From NCBI GenBank assembly GCA_020184695.1, contig JAANOX010000231.1:124001-188000 (forward strand): a DNA stretch of 64,000 bases. Reading direction: 5' to 3'. The notes under the pieces were generated by a model. It ran no database searches. It was not told the origin of the DNA and saw only the letters and a list, made by a program, of their open reading frames with translations. The DNA comes from Histomonas meleagridis 2922-C6/04-290x. Taxonomy: Eukaryota; Protista; Parabasalia. The position numbers were made by a program, and so were the translations under genes. Positions 1-10,902 of this stretch are shown one piece after another (position 1 is the stretch's first letter; each line of letters opens with the position of its first letter).

Positions 1-2
1 CA

Positions 3-1838
3 ACTTATAGTTGTGCTGCTATTTCGACGAACGGAAATGTTGAAGTTTTTCAAAACGATAATGGCCGTCGTACTGTTCCATCATTTGTTACTTTTACAAA
101 TACTGAAAGATTTGTAGGGGAACAAGCAAAGGATCAAGAAGTATACAACCTTGGCAATGCTGTTTTTGATGTTAAACGTTTAATTGGCCGCAAATTCAGT
201 GATGAAACTGTTCAAAATGATATGAAAAAATGGCCATTTAAAGTTGTAAAAGGTGAAGATGATCACCCAATGATTGAAGTTCAGTGGATGAATCAAACCA
301 GACAATTTTATCCAGAAGAAATTTCTGCCATGGTTCTTGGCGAAGTCAAAAGGATTGCCGAGAAAAGCCTCGGAACAAAAGTCGAGTATGCTGTTGTTAC
401 TGTTCCTGCGTATTTTACTGATAGTCAAAGAAGATCCACCATCACAGCAGCCAAAGCAGCCGGATTAGAAGTTCTACGTATTATTAATGAACCCACAGCA
501 GCTGCTATTACATACGGATTAAAAAATAAGTTTGAAGGAACCCGACATATTCTCGTATATGATTTAGGCGGTGGTACATTTGATGCATCTATAGTTAAGA
601 TTCAAGACAAAGAATACACCGTTGTAGCCAAAGGAGGTAATACACATCTTGGTGGTCGAGATTTTGATAATTGTCTTTTTGAAAAATTGGCCGACATCTT
701 CCAAAAAGAGAAAGGCTGTGATCTCCGAAACAACCAGCGGTCATGCTGTCTCTTGCGTAATGAGTGTGAAAAATTGAAGATAAATTTGTCAAGTAATCCT
801 TCTTATACAATTCGATGTCCTACTCTTTATCAAGGAATTGATTTTAGTTATACTGCTACACGTGCATTCTTTAATGATTTGATTGAAAATCTTTTACAAG
901 AGACAATTCAGACAGTTAAAACAGTTATTCATGATGCCGGACTTCGAAAAAATCAAATCGATGACGTTGTTTTAGTCGGAGGTTCATCACGTATTCCACA
1001 TGTCAAAGAACTTTTAACTGAATTATTTGGTAAAGAGCCGAAGCGATGTGTTGATCCCGATGAATCTGTTGCATATGGCGCAGCTATCCAAGCCGAAATA
1101 TTACGCAAAGGAATGATAAGCGCAACTAACAATAACAATAATAATGATGATAATACTCATGAAGAAGATGAAGAAGATGATAATGGAATTATACTTTTAG
1201 ATGTAACATCGTTATCTTTAGGAATCGACATAACACATGATCGAACTGCTATTGTAGTTCCACGTAATACACCATTGCCATGTAATAAAATGGAAACGTT
1301 TTGTACATCCACCGATTACCAAACAGTTGCTAACATTAAAGTGTTGGAAGGAGAGCGTTTGAAGGTTCAAGATAACAACGAACTTGGCCAATTCAGGATA
1401 TCGAATTTGACGCCTGCGCCAGCGGGTAAAACTAAAGTCGATGTCACATTTAATATTGATGAAAATGGAACATTAGTTGTCACTGCACAAGAACAATCAA
1501 CGGATAACATCGTAAGGCATCCAGTGATTAACGTGAAGGGAAGACTGACCGATGAACAAATCCAGAAAATCATCGAAGAGGCAGAAAAGAATCGAAGACA
1601 AGACGAAATGATAAGAAGAAATATCGAAGCAATGAATAACTTCCAATCTTTCATTAATGGAATTAATTACAGAGTGAGAAGAATGGGACAAAATGATTCC
1701 CAAAAGGTTGCGGAAGCACGAAATATAATTCAACAAATGAGAAATTGGACCGATGATAACTTTGGAGTAGATGAAAACGTAATCGAAGAGAAGAAAAGGG
1801 AATTCGAAAGACGAATAACGCCTTTGATTGATGGTTGA
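3..1838 (+). CDS. HSP70: HSP70-family chaperone, divergent; 5' end lies upstream of the window
   Basis: The frame is open from position 3 (TYSCAA..., end of the DLGTTYS motif) into ORF 222-1838. Motifs TVPAYF, LRIINEPTAAAI, DLGGGTFD and VVLVGGSSRIP are present. No C-terminal EEVD. Confidence 0.93.
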   Translation, partial: TYSCAAISTNGNVEVFQNDNGRRTVPSFVTFTNTERFVGEQAKDQEVYNLGNAVFDVKRLIGRKFSDETVQNDMKKWPFKVVKGEDDHPMIEVQWMNQTRQFYPEEISAMVLGEVKRIAEKSLGTKVEYAVVTVPAYFTDSQRRSTITAAKAAGLEVLRIINEPTAAAITYGLKNKFEGTRHILVYDLGGGTFDASIVKIQDKEYTVVAKGGNTHLGGRDFDNCLFEKLADIFQKEKGCDLRNNQRSCCLLRNECEKLKINLSSNPSYTIRCPTLYQGIDFSYTATRAFFNDLIENLLQETIQTVKTVIHDAGLRKNQIDDVVLVGGSSRIPHVKELLTELFGKEPKRCVDPDESVAYGAAIQAEILRKGMISATNNNNNNDDNTHEEDEEDDNGIILLDVTSLSLGIDITHDRTAIVVPRNTPLPCNKMETFCTSTDYQTVANIKVLEGERLKVQDNNELGQFRISNLTPAPAGKTKVDVTFNIDENGTLVVTAQEQSTDNIVRHPVINVKGRLTDEQIQKIIEEAEKNRRQDEMIRRNIEAMNNFQSFINGINYRVRRMGQNDSQKVAEARNIIQQMRNWTDDNFGVDENVIEEKKREFERRITPLIDG

Positions 1839-1918
1839 ATTTTTAATATAATTTTTGAGCTTTCTTTGTAAAATCAAAATATAAATCATATCGAAGTTTA
1901 AAAAATGCATTTTCCATC

Positions 1919-1924
<6 letters not shown>

Positions 1925-1968
<44 letters not shown>
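1925..1968. repeat. (TG)22 microsatellite
   Basis: Perfect dinucleotide run read directly. Confidence 0.98.
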
Positions 1969-1972
<4 letters not shown>

Positions 1973-2174
1973 GTTTTTTGTTTGAAAGTCAACTGAATAT
2001 AAATTAAAATTCATATAGAAAAGATTCGGAAATTTGTATTGCAATATAAAAATTATGAATATTATTTCGTAAATCTTTACTTTGTCAAGATCTAATGAAT
2101 AATTGTATCTTCTTTCTACTAAAAGATTCATGCTATTAAAAGCAAAATTGATGAAGTTTTTTTATTGAACTTAT

Positions 2175-3098
2175 TTAAAACGTTCCAGGGAGTTTAAGCC
2201 CATCAATATATTGCAGGTATTGGAAATACATACTCAAACTATGATCGGAGATAGCAAATTGTATTTTACATGGTTCGTACACATAAAACTTAAAATCAAT
2301 TGTCTTAACTGTGCTCTTTATACTTCCCCATGTCGACTTATTCGTATTATGATAAGGAATATGATATATCGTTCCAACTGGTTCAGTTATTTTCTCGGTT
2401 CCCGAAGGCTTATAAACAACACTATGTTGGTATTTTGGAATATTACATATATTTAATTGTATTTGGGGAAATATTAGTGAAGAAGATAATGCGGTAACAT
2501 AATTCATTAAGCGAGGTACTATGTCATTCTCATAAATAAATGCGTGAGAACTGCTTTTGATTGGACTCGCTGTCCCTGTACTCATTGAAGCTGGTGCTCC
2601 AAAGACATATGATGTGAATTCGGATATTTTGTTTGGGTAATCTCTTTGTGCAAATAAGTGCAATATTTGTGCTACAGCTCCGCCATAACTGTGCCCTGTA
2701 AAAATAATATTGAAACCATCGTCTAAATGTCTTTTAATAACATATTTGATATCATTCCAAACATTTGTCGCAGAGAGCAAAAAACCCATATGAAAGCTGC
2801 CTTGTGCCATTACCCTTTGAACGTCCCTATCTGTTGCAAAATCAACAAAATCTTTACTTCCTCTGATTGCAACATATACATGTTTACCACTATGCATGTC
2901 CATTTGTGTACCAACATAATACACTGGTCTAAAAACAGCAGATGTTGTGTTTTGTTTTATAATTTGAATTAATTTTTCATTAAATTTTAGATACGTTCGA
3001 GTATTTTCGTCCCAGTAACCATCTAAGTCAATTGTGTCGTTATAAACAGCATTTGATAAATAAAATGACCGCGTAAGATAATCTTGGTTGTAACTCAT
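2175..3098 (-). CDS. Class 3 lipase (Lipase_3, alpha/beta hydrolase)
   Basis: YVAIRGS strand, IIFTGHSYGGAVA nucleophile elbow, YVFGAP, DIVPRL and a C-terminal DH. Confidence 0.88.
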   Translation of the reverse strand: MSYNQDYLTRSFYLSNAVYNDTIDLDGYWDENTRTYLKFNEKLIQIIKQNTTSAVFRPVYYVGTQMDMHSGKHVYVAIRGSKDFVDFATDRDVQRVMAQGSFHMGFLLSATNVWNDIKYVIKRHLDDGFNIIFTGHSYGGAVAQILHLFAQRDYPNKISEFTSYVFGAPASMSTGTASPIKSSSHAFIYENDIVPRLMNYVTALSSSLIFPQIQLNICNIPKYQHSVVYKPSGTEKITEPVGTIYHIPYHNTNKSTWGSIKSTVKTIDFKFYVYEPCKIQFAISDHSLSMYFQYLQYIDGLKLPGTF

Positions 3099-3386
3099 TT
3101 TAATGATTGGGATTAAAATATGCCATTCCTCTTTTAGCCGTTATAAACGTACACCAGCCGATGGAATTTTGATATCTTTTCGAACACGTTCAAAGTTTAA
3201 GGATAATTGCGAGTTCGATATGTTCATTGTTTTGTACACAGCTGTAAGTTTCCGTTATGTGCGCACATTTCAGTATAGAATGCAACGTTAACTGCTTTTG
3301 TTTGGCCACTGATTTTCTAAACATGTTTTTCTTTTTGCACTTGCGCAATTAAAATTATGAAAGGTTTATCTCAAATGCTATTTTAT

Positions 3387-5030
3387 TTATTCTTGTTCCA
3401 ACTTCAATGTGATTGTTGTTTGATCACATACTTCAGTTGGGCCGAAGTATTGTATTGGTCCTGGGTATACGTAGCAGGTGTTCATTGCCCATTTCTCTCT
3501 ATTTTCGGCGAACTTCTTGAATGGCTTTCCTTCCAACTCGACGAGTGCCTTTTGGATGACTGGCTTCATCTCTCCGCTCCTCTTTTCCATGTTCATCATC
3601 ATAGTGATTGGGACGCCTCCAGCTGTCCATTGGCTTGCTGGCTTCGTGAGCTGCCTGACTGACGCCATGTAGCCGGTCTTGCCGGATGCAATCAAGCACG
3701 AAGCGGTGTAGCCCAAGCTGTAGCAGTAGTCGGCATCGAAGTTGGATGGCGCTGCGCACCTTCCTTCGTAGCCGAAGAAGTGGTATTGGGTGGAGAATGA
3801 GCCCTTGTACTTGCCCTCGCGCTTAAGCTCGCTGAGTTTGCGGCCAACCATTTCGCCTAATAATTTCTCGGTTTCGATGAGGGAAACTTGGACATTGCCG
3901 TGTGGATCGCGGTCTAATGTGAGCTGTCTTGCGACGCCTTCGGGTAATGAGGCATAGATCTTTGCATTCTCGGCAGATAAGTGATCGCATATGTACTTGA
4001 TTTGTTGTGAACGCTCAACTTTGGAATATTCGTCGCCTTTGGAGGAAAGTAAGTCATTAAGTTCGGATATTAATAACTTCATGGCTGGAATGAATTCAAT
4101 AAGACCTTCTGGGATAAGAACAACACCAAAGTTATTGCCTTGTTCTGAGCGCTTGACAACAATGTCGGCAATGTAGTTGACGACATCATCAAGTGTCATA
4201 TTCTTCTTCTCGATTTCTTCGGAAATGAGTGCAATGTTTGGTTGGGTTTGAAGAGCGCATTCAAGACCAATGTGAGTGGCTGAACGTCCCATTAATTTGA
4301 TGAAATGCCAATACTTTTGGGCTGAGTTGCAATCACGTTCAATGTTACCAATGACTTCGGAATAGACCTTGCAAGCTGTATCAAAGCCAAAGGAGGTTTC
4401 GATCATTTCGTTCTTAAGATCTCCATCAATTGTCTTTGGACAACCAATGACTTGAACGCCAGCATTGATGGACTTGTAGTATTCGGCAAGAACTGCAGCA
4501 TTTGTGTTAGAATCATCACCACCAATGATAACGAGTGCCTTGATGTTAAGTTGCTTGAGGATTTCAAGACCTTTGTCGAATTGGTCCTTCTTTTCAAGCT
4601 TTGTACGACCTGAACCAATGATATCGAAACCACCAGTGTTACGATATTCTTCGATGATCTCTGCTGTAAGTTCGATGTATTTATGATCGATAAGACCACC
4701 AGGACCAAGAAGGAAGCCATAAAGACGGCAGGCTGGGTTAAGGGCCTTGATACCATCGAAAAGACCACAGATAACATTATGACCACCTGGAGCTTGACCA
4801 CCAGAAAGGATAACACCAACGTTGATAGCTTCTATTTGCTTCTTTTCACCGTCCTTTTCGAATGTGATGAGTGGAGCACCATAAGTTTGTGGGAAAAGTG
4901 CTTTGATTTCGTTTTGATCAGCAACAGATTCTGTAGCCTTTCCTTCAACAACCTTGACACCAGCAGTGATTGCTTCTGGGACCTTTGGCTTGTAAGATGC
5001 ACGAGCAATTTGGAGAGCGCTCTTTTGCAT
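3387..5030 (-). CDS. pfp: Pyrophosphate-dependent phosphofructokinase (long clade, Bacteroidales-like)
   Basis: GVILSGGQAPGGHNV, IIGGDDSNTNA, CPKTIDGD (PPi-specific D and K), KLMGRSATH and FGYEGRC. 547 aa. Confidence 0.96.
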   Translation of the reverse strand: MQKSALQIARASYKPKVPEAITAGVKVVEGKATESVADQNEIKALFPQTYGAPLITFEKDGEKKQIEAINVGVILSGGQAPGGHNVICGLFDGIKALNPACRLYGFLLGPGGLIDHKYIELTAEIIEEYRNTGGFDIIGSGRTKLEKKDQFDKGLEILKQLNIKALVIIGGDDSNTNAAVLAEYYKSINAGVQVIGCPKTIDGDLKNEMIETSFGFDTACKVYSEVIGNIERDCNSAQKYWHFIKLMGRSATHIGLECALQTQPNIALISEEIEKKNMTLDDVVNYIADIVVKRSEQGNNFGVVLIPEGLIEFIPAMKLLISELNDLLSSKGDEYSKVERSQQIKYICDHLSAENAKIYASLPEGVARQLTLDRDPHGNVQVSLIETEKLLGEMVGRKLSELKREGKYKGSFSTQYHFFGYEGRCAAPSNFDADYCYSLGYTASCLIASGKTGYMASVRQLTKPASQWTAGGVPITMMMNMEKRSGEMKPVIQKALVELEGKPFKKFAENREKWAMNTCYVYPGPIQYFGPTEVCDQTTITLKLEQE

Positions 5031-5764
5031 TATTTAAAGTGAATTTCTTGACACGACCACACAAATATTCAATTTTTTCAATAGTTTTTGGCCGTGCAAT
5101 GTTATGTTATCGGTTGGAGCTTTTTGAATTAAAATAAGTGGTTTAGGACCAATAAAAAATAAAAATATTCTGTGTTGATGAAATGATATGTTAATAACAT
5201 TAATAACATTTGAATTCAAATGTTTATTCTATTATATTTTTACAATTTAATCTGGTTTTTGTTATTATTTACATGATTTCTGCTCAAAATTCCATTTGAA
5301 ACAAATTTATTTCAAAAAAATTTAATCGCTGCTCTCAGTGGTTTGACTCAGTGCTTGATTTTTTAAATTTCGACATGTGTTATAAATAAATTGTGCTTTG
5401 TGTAGAGATATAAATTTTGGAAAAAATTTATCATTATAAATAACTCATATGGTTTTTGTAATGAATTCATTCATGAGGTTTAAATTTATGTATTTTTGAC
5501 TAAGTGTGTTCGAAAATTTTTGATATTTTCATTAATGATATTTACTTTTTTACTTTGAAAAAAGGAATATATGTAATAAAAGAAAAGAGGAACATTAAAA
5601 CCTGTCGCAATGTAATGAGTAACATTTTGTTATTATTATTTTTAATGTTTGAACTATAAATTTCCTTTATCATTTTAAATACTGTGATAACTGTATCGGT
5701 GCCTTCAATGATAGGATGTAAAAACAAACGTAACGAAAAGTGCATTCAATACTTTACATAGCCA

Positions 5765-6385
5765 ATGAACAAAAAAACGCCAAAACATCTTTTTAGCCCT
5801 TCACCCACTCCATCTTTAACAGTTAATGCAACACCAATTCCAGGGAAAATACCAGTGTTGCCAAATCCAAATCATTCTTTTTTATTTCGATTTTTTACTT
5901 CGAAAACTAATTTTTACATAAATTTAATAATTCTTATATTTACAATTTTTGTTGCTATTGGATACTTGCATCCCAAATATTACTGCGATTCAGATTCTTT
6001 CGAAATAGATTGTTTTAAGTGTCCACTAAATGCTATTTGTCAGGGTGGTAAAAAGAAATGCATTGAATCACCATTTATTTTTGAGTTGAATGGTGTCTGT
6101 TTTCACAATGAATCTGAAGAATCTCTTGCTCCAAAAATTGTTAATGAAATCGATAATTTAATTTCGACAAGTAACATCACTAAAGTATCCGAGATCAAAG
6201 AACTTTATCAGTTCCGTGAAATCAAGTCATCAACCATCGAAATGGCGATCAAAATTTCAGACAGATATACACTCCTTATGGGAAAAATTGTTCCTAAAGT
6301 TCATCACATCAAAGAGTACCTTCTAATTGGTATTCTTATATTTCAGACTTTGATGATATTGATAATCAAACTCGTTTCTAAATAA
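5765..6385 (+). CDS. Two-TM membrane protein with Cys-rich luminal loop, possibly Man1/Src1 C-terminal (MSC)-like
   Basis: 206-aa ORF with two hydrophobic segments flanking YYCD...CFKCPLNAIC...KC. The resemblance is judged by eye only. Confidence 0.45.
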   Translation: MNKKTPKHLFSPSPTPSLTVNATPIPGKIPVLPNPNHSFLFRFFTSKTNFYINLIILIFTIFVAIGYLHPKYYCDSDSFEIDCFKCPLNAICQGGKKKCIESPFIFELNGVCFHNESEESLAPKIVNEIDNLISTSNITKVSEIKELYQFREIKSSTIEMAIKISDRYTLLMGKIVPKVHHIKEYLLIGILIFQTLMILIIKLVSK

Positions 6386-6416
6386 ATATATATTTATATA
6401 TTTCCTTATAATTTAT

Positions 6417-7364
6417 TTATTCAAGTAATTGAAGAGGAATTAAAACGCGATAAAATTTTTTAGAAAAATGCAGAAACACTATTAGCATTTTCTTATCATT
6501 CGAAACATTTGCATAAAGTTCTGAGATTTTCTTCTTCTTTTTTGTTGAAATTGTAACTTTTATGTCTTTTTTCGTTTCTATATTTCTAACAGCCAATATT
6601 TGTCCATTAAAGAAACCAACAAAATATTTTTGGGTAAAATCATATTTTAAACACTTGTTGTGTACACCAAATGGTTCACTGTATAAAGTTTGAAATATTA
6701 AGTTTGACCTATTAATAGTGCAAAACAATATATCATTATTACTTATCATAAAAGAATGTATTAAACTTTTTGCATGATAAAACTTTTCAATTTCATTTTT
6801 GATAAAATAAATTTCTCCATGCATTAATACCAAGTATCCATCATGATAAGGTTCTATATCATCTACTTCAATCTGGATTTTATTTAATACTTTTGGTTCC
6901 GTATCAACACTGCATATACAAACAAAAGTTTTGCATTTTACCACAAATTCTTTCATATTATTTGATCCTTTAATGTTTTCTATATTCTCTTCTATATTTA
7001 ATTTAAATGTTTGTACCACAAATCCAAGAGAAAAAGAAACTAATGAAAAAATATTTGAAGAATCATATATTAATAAAAAATCATCAATATCATTTGATAC
7101 ATCAAAACCTTCAATAACCAACAATGAAGCATATGAGATGGGCAATAATACTTGAGATACATTTAAAATTGGAAACTTATTTTCAAATTTATAACAAAAG
7201 ATTCTATTTAGAATATCGCTATTATTAAAAGGGGAAGCGAAAATGATAGCATTATCAATCCAAAACAAAATTCTCTTTCCGATTCTTTGTGATTTCTTTA
7301 TCTTTTTCTTAAAATCGTAAATTCCAGTAATCATAGGAACATTCATATTGAAATAAACTTTCAT
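6417..7364 (-). CDS. Hypothetical protein (beta-rich)
   Basis: 315-aa ATG ORF in a gene-dense region; no recognised motif. Confidence 0.6.
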   Translation of the reverse strand: MKVYFNMNVPMITGIYDFKKKIKKSQRIGKRILFWIDNAIIFASPFNNSDILNRIFCYKFENKFPILNVSQVLLPISYASLLVIEGFDVSNDIDDFLLIYDSSNIFSLVSFSLGFVVQTFKLNIEENIENIKGSNNMKEFVVKCKTFVCICSVDTEPKVLNKIQIEVDDIEPYHDGYLVLMHGEIYFIKNEIEKFYHAKSLIHSFMISNNDILFCTINRSNLIFQTLYSEPFGVHNKCLKYDFTQKYFVGFFNGQILAVRNIETKKDIKVTISTKKKKKISELYANVSNDKKMLIVFLHFSKKFYRVLIPLQLLE

Positions 7365-7420
7365 CCTCCCAATTTCAATAACTACAGAAAAGCTAAAATA
7401 TATTTTTTAGTTAAAAACAA

Positions 7421-8929
7421 TTATTTAAACAAAACGTATGCCAAAAGCAAAATGAAAATGGCATAAAATATACGAGGATGCGCCGAAATTAATGACTGTA
7501 TATGCGTGTCATTAATATACCAATCGATATCTTCAATTTTTGAAGAATCAACTGTTTGAAGTGGTGGAACATTTAAAGGTTTAGTAAAACTTAACTCATT
7601 AATCATATGCTCATCAGAAACGTATTTCTTGCCGCATTCTTCTTCTTTCGGACATATCAGCTGTGATATCCCTGGCTGAACTTGGACATATCCAATTCCT
7701 AACGATTCTTTTTTTGTAAAAAGTTTCATTAAATCAGTCGAAAGATACTCATCGGTGGCGTCACTCGATGACATCATTTGCAGTTCTTCGTGTATTTCTG
7801 TCGTTGGTAGAATTGGCGTGCTTTGTTCTGGCGTATGGATATTTGTATATTCATTTTCGCTTTCATTACTTACAAGAGCTTGGATCTCTTGGATTGCACT
7901 TGTGAGTGTTTGACACCTTTCCGATTTGATTTTCCATTGTTCATCTTTAAAATTGATTATGACATATATTGAATCGACAATGGTGATCTTCTCGATAGAT
8001 GAGATGGGATATACCAAGTAGAACCCTGAGCCATATTCTTTGGATATACAAATACTTGAAGTGGATATATATAAGAATCGATGGGATAATATTGACCATT
8101 TTTTTCCAAGAACCAAAAACTTAACCCGTTCAATGTAATTACATAATGATCCACTTCGCACTGATAGTTCAACATATTCACGTGCTGCACTGGGTGGAGT
8201 AAGATTTTTATATGTTTCAAGATATTTAAATGTTATTTCCACAAGCTCTTCTGAACGAAGATAGACTGGAATGTATGGGATTAATTTTTGCTTGGCAGAT
8301 AGAGGATCACCGCCTTCGATAATGTAACGAAGAACAGCAAGACGCAGATTCGTATCGGCGGGGTGCACCGAAAGCTGAAGTGAAGTGGCAAACCGACATT
8401 GTGCATAGAATTCTTTGGTGTTGATGGGGTCTGAAAGAAGAGAAAGATCATTATGTGTAATACGACGAAGTAAATAAAGTGGTTCACATGTCCATTGTTG
8501 AAATGGAAGTGGAAGGCTATGCGTAGTGGATTGAACAAATGATTGATCATTTCTTAAACGAAAACATAAAACATACTTTTCAATTGGTCCTTGAATTATG
8601 GATTTGATGTTTTCACCAACATCATCTTTTAAATTAAATTTATATGTTTTACTCGTAGCATCAACAAAATTGACAACAACATCTGAAAAAAGAGGACTAA
8701 GTAAAAATGTAAGCTTTTTGGGAAAATTATCAAGAGTTGCTACGGAGTCAACAGACGTAAAAAAACCATCTGGATATTCAAGTGAAAGATAAAATGATTC
8801 TTCAGGAAATTGAGGAATATTTGATGAAATTTTCTTCTTTAGCTCGGAAATTGCGGTACAACTTTCCATTCGCAACTTTATAGATTTTAATCCATAATCT
8901 GTGGGATAATGTACAATAACAGTTTTCAT
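7421..8929 (-). CDS. Hypothetical protein, possibly FERM-like (ubiquitin-like N-terminus, PH-like lobe) with C-terminal TM anchor
   Basis: 502-aa ORF with coding-like composition and a hydrophobic tail (IFYAIFILLLAYVLFK). Domain call is tentative. Confidence 0.55.
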   Translation of the reverse strand: MKTVIVHYPTDYGLKSIKLRMESCTAISELKKKISSNIPQFPEESFYLSLEYPDGFFTSVDSVATLDNFPKKLTFLLSPLFSDVVVNFVDATSKTYKFNLKDDVGENIKSIIQGPIEKYVLCFRLRNDQSFVQSTTHSLPLPFQQWTCEPLYLLRRITHNDLSLLSDPINTKEFYAQCRFATSLQLSVHPADTNLRLAVLRYIIEGGDPLSAKQKLIPYIPVYLRSEELVEITFKYLETYKNLTPPSAAREYVELSVRSGSLCNYIERVKFLVLGKKWSILSHRFLYISTSSICISKEYGSGFYLVYPISSIEKITIVDSIYVIINFKDEQWKIKSERCQTLTSAIQEIQALVSNESENEYTNIHTPEQSTPILPTTEIHEELQMMSSSDATDEYLSTDLMKLFTKKESLGIGYVQVQPGISQLICPKEEECGKKYVSDEHMINELSFTKPLNVPPLQTVDSSKIEDIDWYINDTHIQSLISAHPRIFYAIFILLLAYVLFK

Positions 8930-9282
8930 AAAGAATCGCTTTTAACGTTCATCAGTGATTTAAGAAAGTTTGTTTGAATTTAACAAATAAACTTATTTTG
9001 TCGTAGAGAAAAATTCCCGAAAAAAGCTTAACTAAAGAAGGGAAGGTTTGAAAAAGTTCAGAGTTTGTTATGCGATGTATTGATACATTCTTTAATATTT
9101 TCATGAATATTTCGATTCTATTAATTCCGAAGAGCTCTTATCTCAAAAGCATTTTTATCAGTGTCTAATGTGCACCACACCGCAGAAAACTATGATGTAA
9201 TTTCAATAAGTGAACAACAAATTAAATGAATCTATATAATATTTATAAAGATTGTATATAAAAAAGGTAGTCATTACATGGC

Positions 9283-10317
9283 TCATGAAGACTCTTCTTT
9301 GACATCAGTTGACAAAATTGGAAGAGCTTGTTCGTTTGATTCAGATGATTGAAATATTCTATAGTACCATTTCTTCGCCGATCTTTTATCTGGTGCCTTT
9401 AAATATAGCGTGTGGACTCCGTGTATGACAATAGGCTTATCTTTTTTGAATTTAACATATTGAAGTTCGGTTCCTGCTTGGATCGGCCGCACTGCCAATA
9501 TAATCTCGTCTGCATCATCAAAGCTGACCTTTGTATCTGTCAATTGGAACATTCCGAGCGGTTGGTCTCGGCTTTCGGGAGATGAATCTTTGAAGTAGTA
9601 AATACAAGAATTTGCAAGCACAAAGCAGTGCTTCGTCCAGGAAGACTTCCATTGGTCTGTTTTCTTTTGCAAATTTTCGACGAGTCTTGGACATGAATAT
9701 GCCATGATTTCTTTGCCCTTGGTTGTGAAGGCAAACGGCGTGTTCTTTATGTCATTGTATATACTCTGTAATGTTTCATCCGATATAGTATCTGGTGGCA
9801 ACGCACCTTTGATATTATTGACAAAATCGGTGGATGACATTCTGTTCTTAACATTGGGGTTGTGGAGGTCACTATTGAGCATAACAATCGCAAAAGCTAA
9901 AATATAAGCAGCGTCTGCTGATGGGAAAGAATCTGGATTTTGTTCCATATATACCTCTGAAAAGCTCATGATAATCCGATCAATTTGCTCTGCTTCACCT
10001 GGAAGACGCATTGAACCAGAGAGAGCTTTTCGCATAGCAGATAAAAAAGAGCCTGATAATTCTAATTCATTAAAATAAGCTTTTGCAATTTCTTTGTTTT
10101 CAGGTCTTGATAAATAATCACCAATTTTATCTCCGAGAAGGCCAGATGTTTTGTGCAAAATATGTGCAATACTTCTTGGTGATTGATCATAATTTAAAAC
10201 ATTACACAAATTAGCGATTCCTTTTGTTGGCTTTACATTAAACTGATAAATTGCATCTTGCATTTTGTCTTCTTCTTCGAGCTCGAGAGCAAGAGCTTCA
10301 TCAACTTTTATATTCAT
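9283..10317 (-). CDS. Sec7 + PH domain ARF-GEF (cytohesin/ARNO-like)
   Basis: Sec7 catalytic MRLPGEAEQIDRI and ILAFAIVMLNSDLHNP, followed by a PH domain (WTKHCFVLANSCIYYFKD...KKWY). First ATG at 10317. Confidence 0.9.
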   Translation of the reverse strand: MNIKVDEALALELEEEDKMQDAIYQFNVKPTKGIANLCNVLNYDQSPRSIAHILHKTSGLLGDKIGDYLSRPENKEIAKAYFNELELSGSFLSAMRKALSGSMRLPGEAEQIDRIIMSFSEVYMEQNPDSFPSADAAYILAFAIVMLNSDLHNPNVKNRMSSTDFVNNIKGALPPDTISDETLQSIYNDIKNTPFAFTTKGKEIMAYSCPRLVENLQKKTDQWKSSWTKHCFVLANSCIYYFKDSSPESRDQPLGMFQLTDTKVSFDDADEIILAVRPIQAGTELQYVKFKKDKPIVIHGVHTLYLKAPDKRSAKKWYYRIFQSSESNEQALPILSTDVKEESS

Positions 10318-10902
10318 GTTGGAACTTGGTTTCTGTTCCTTATCGAACTGTAACTCCCAATACAAAAAGTTGATTTTTTTGTGAAGGGCAGTTATTTAAA
10401 AAGTCATAAAACAGTTATTTCAGCTGGTTTTGATCATCTTGGAGAGGTTCATAACAGTTCAGCAATTAGGTGTGAAAAAATTTGGTGCAGTACTCGACCG
10501 ATCAATTAAATTATATATTTAAAACATATATATTCATAAACAGCTAGCCGATTCCCATTTGGGGAAGTATTTAATAACGACCCGCTCACCTCATGTTTTT
10601 GATCTTTTCTTCTATTTTTGAAAATTATAATTTTTACACCTTTTTTTTTTTATGAAATCTATTATTTTCTATAGCAAAATCATACATATGTTGATCAAAG
10701 TCTATAAAACTATATATGATCAAACGTTTGTTTAAAATTAACACAATAACAAGTTTTCTCAATCCCAATATTTTTCTTTTATACTCTTATCTTTTTTATA
10801 ATTTTTGTGATTCCTTTTTTGTGATTACATAGCAAATATAATGTAGATAACATTTGATGATTTTATTATGGGATCAACTTTGATTTTAAAGGGGAATAAT
10901 AT

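Noticed and set aside
1919-2131. 70-aa ORF ending in HTHTHT
   Set aside because: Artefact of the (TG)22 microsatellite in AT-rich intergenic DNA.
3387-5030. Bacterial contaminant contig
   Set aside because: Single gene with AT-rich host-like flanks, no operon context, and eukaryotic neighbours on both sides.
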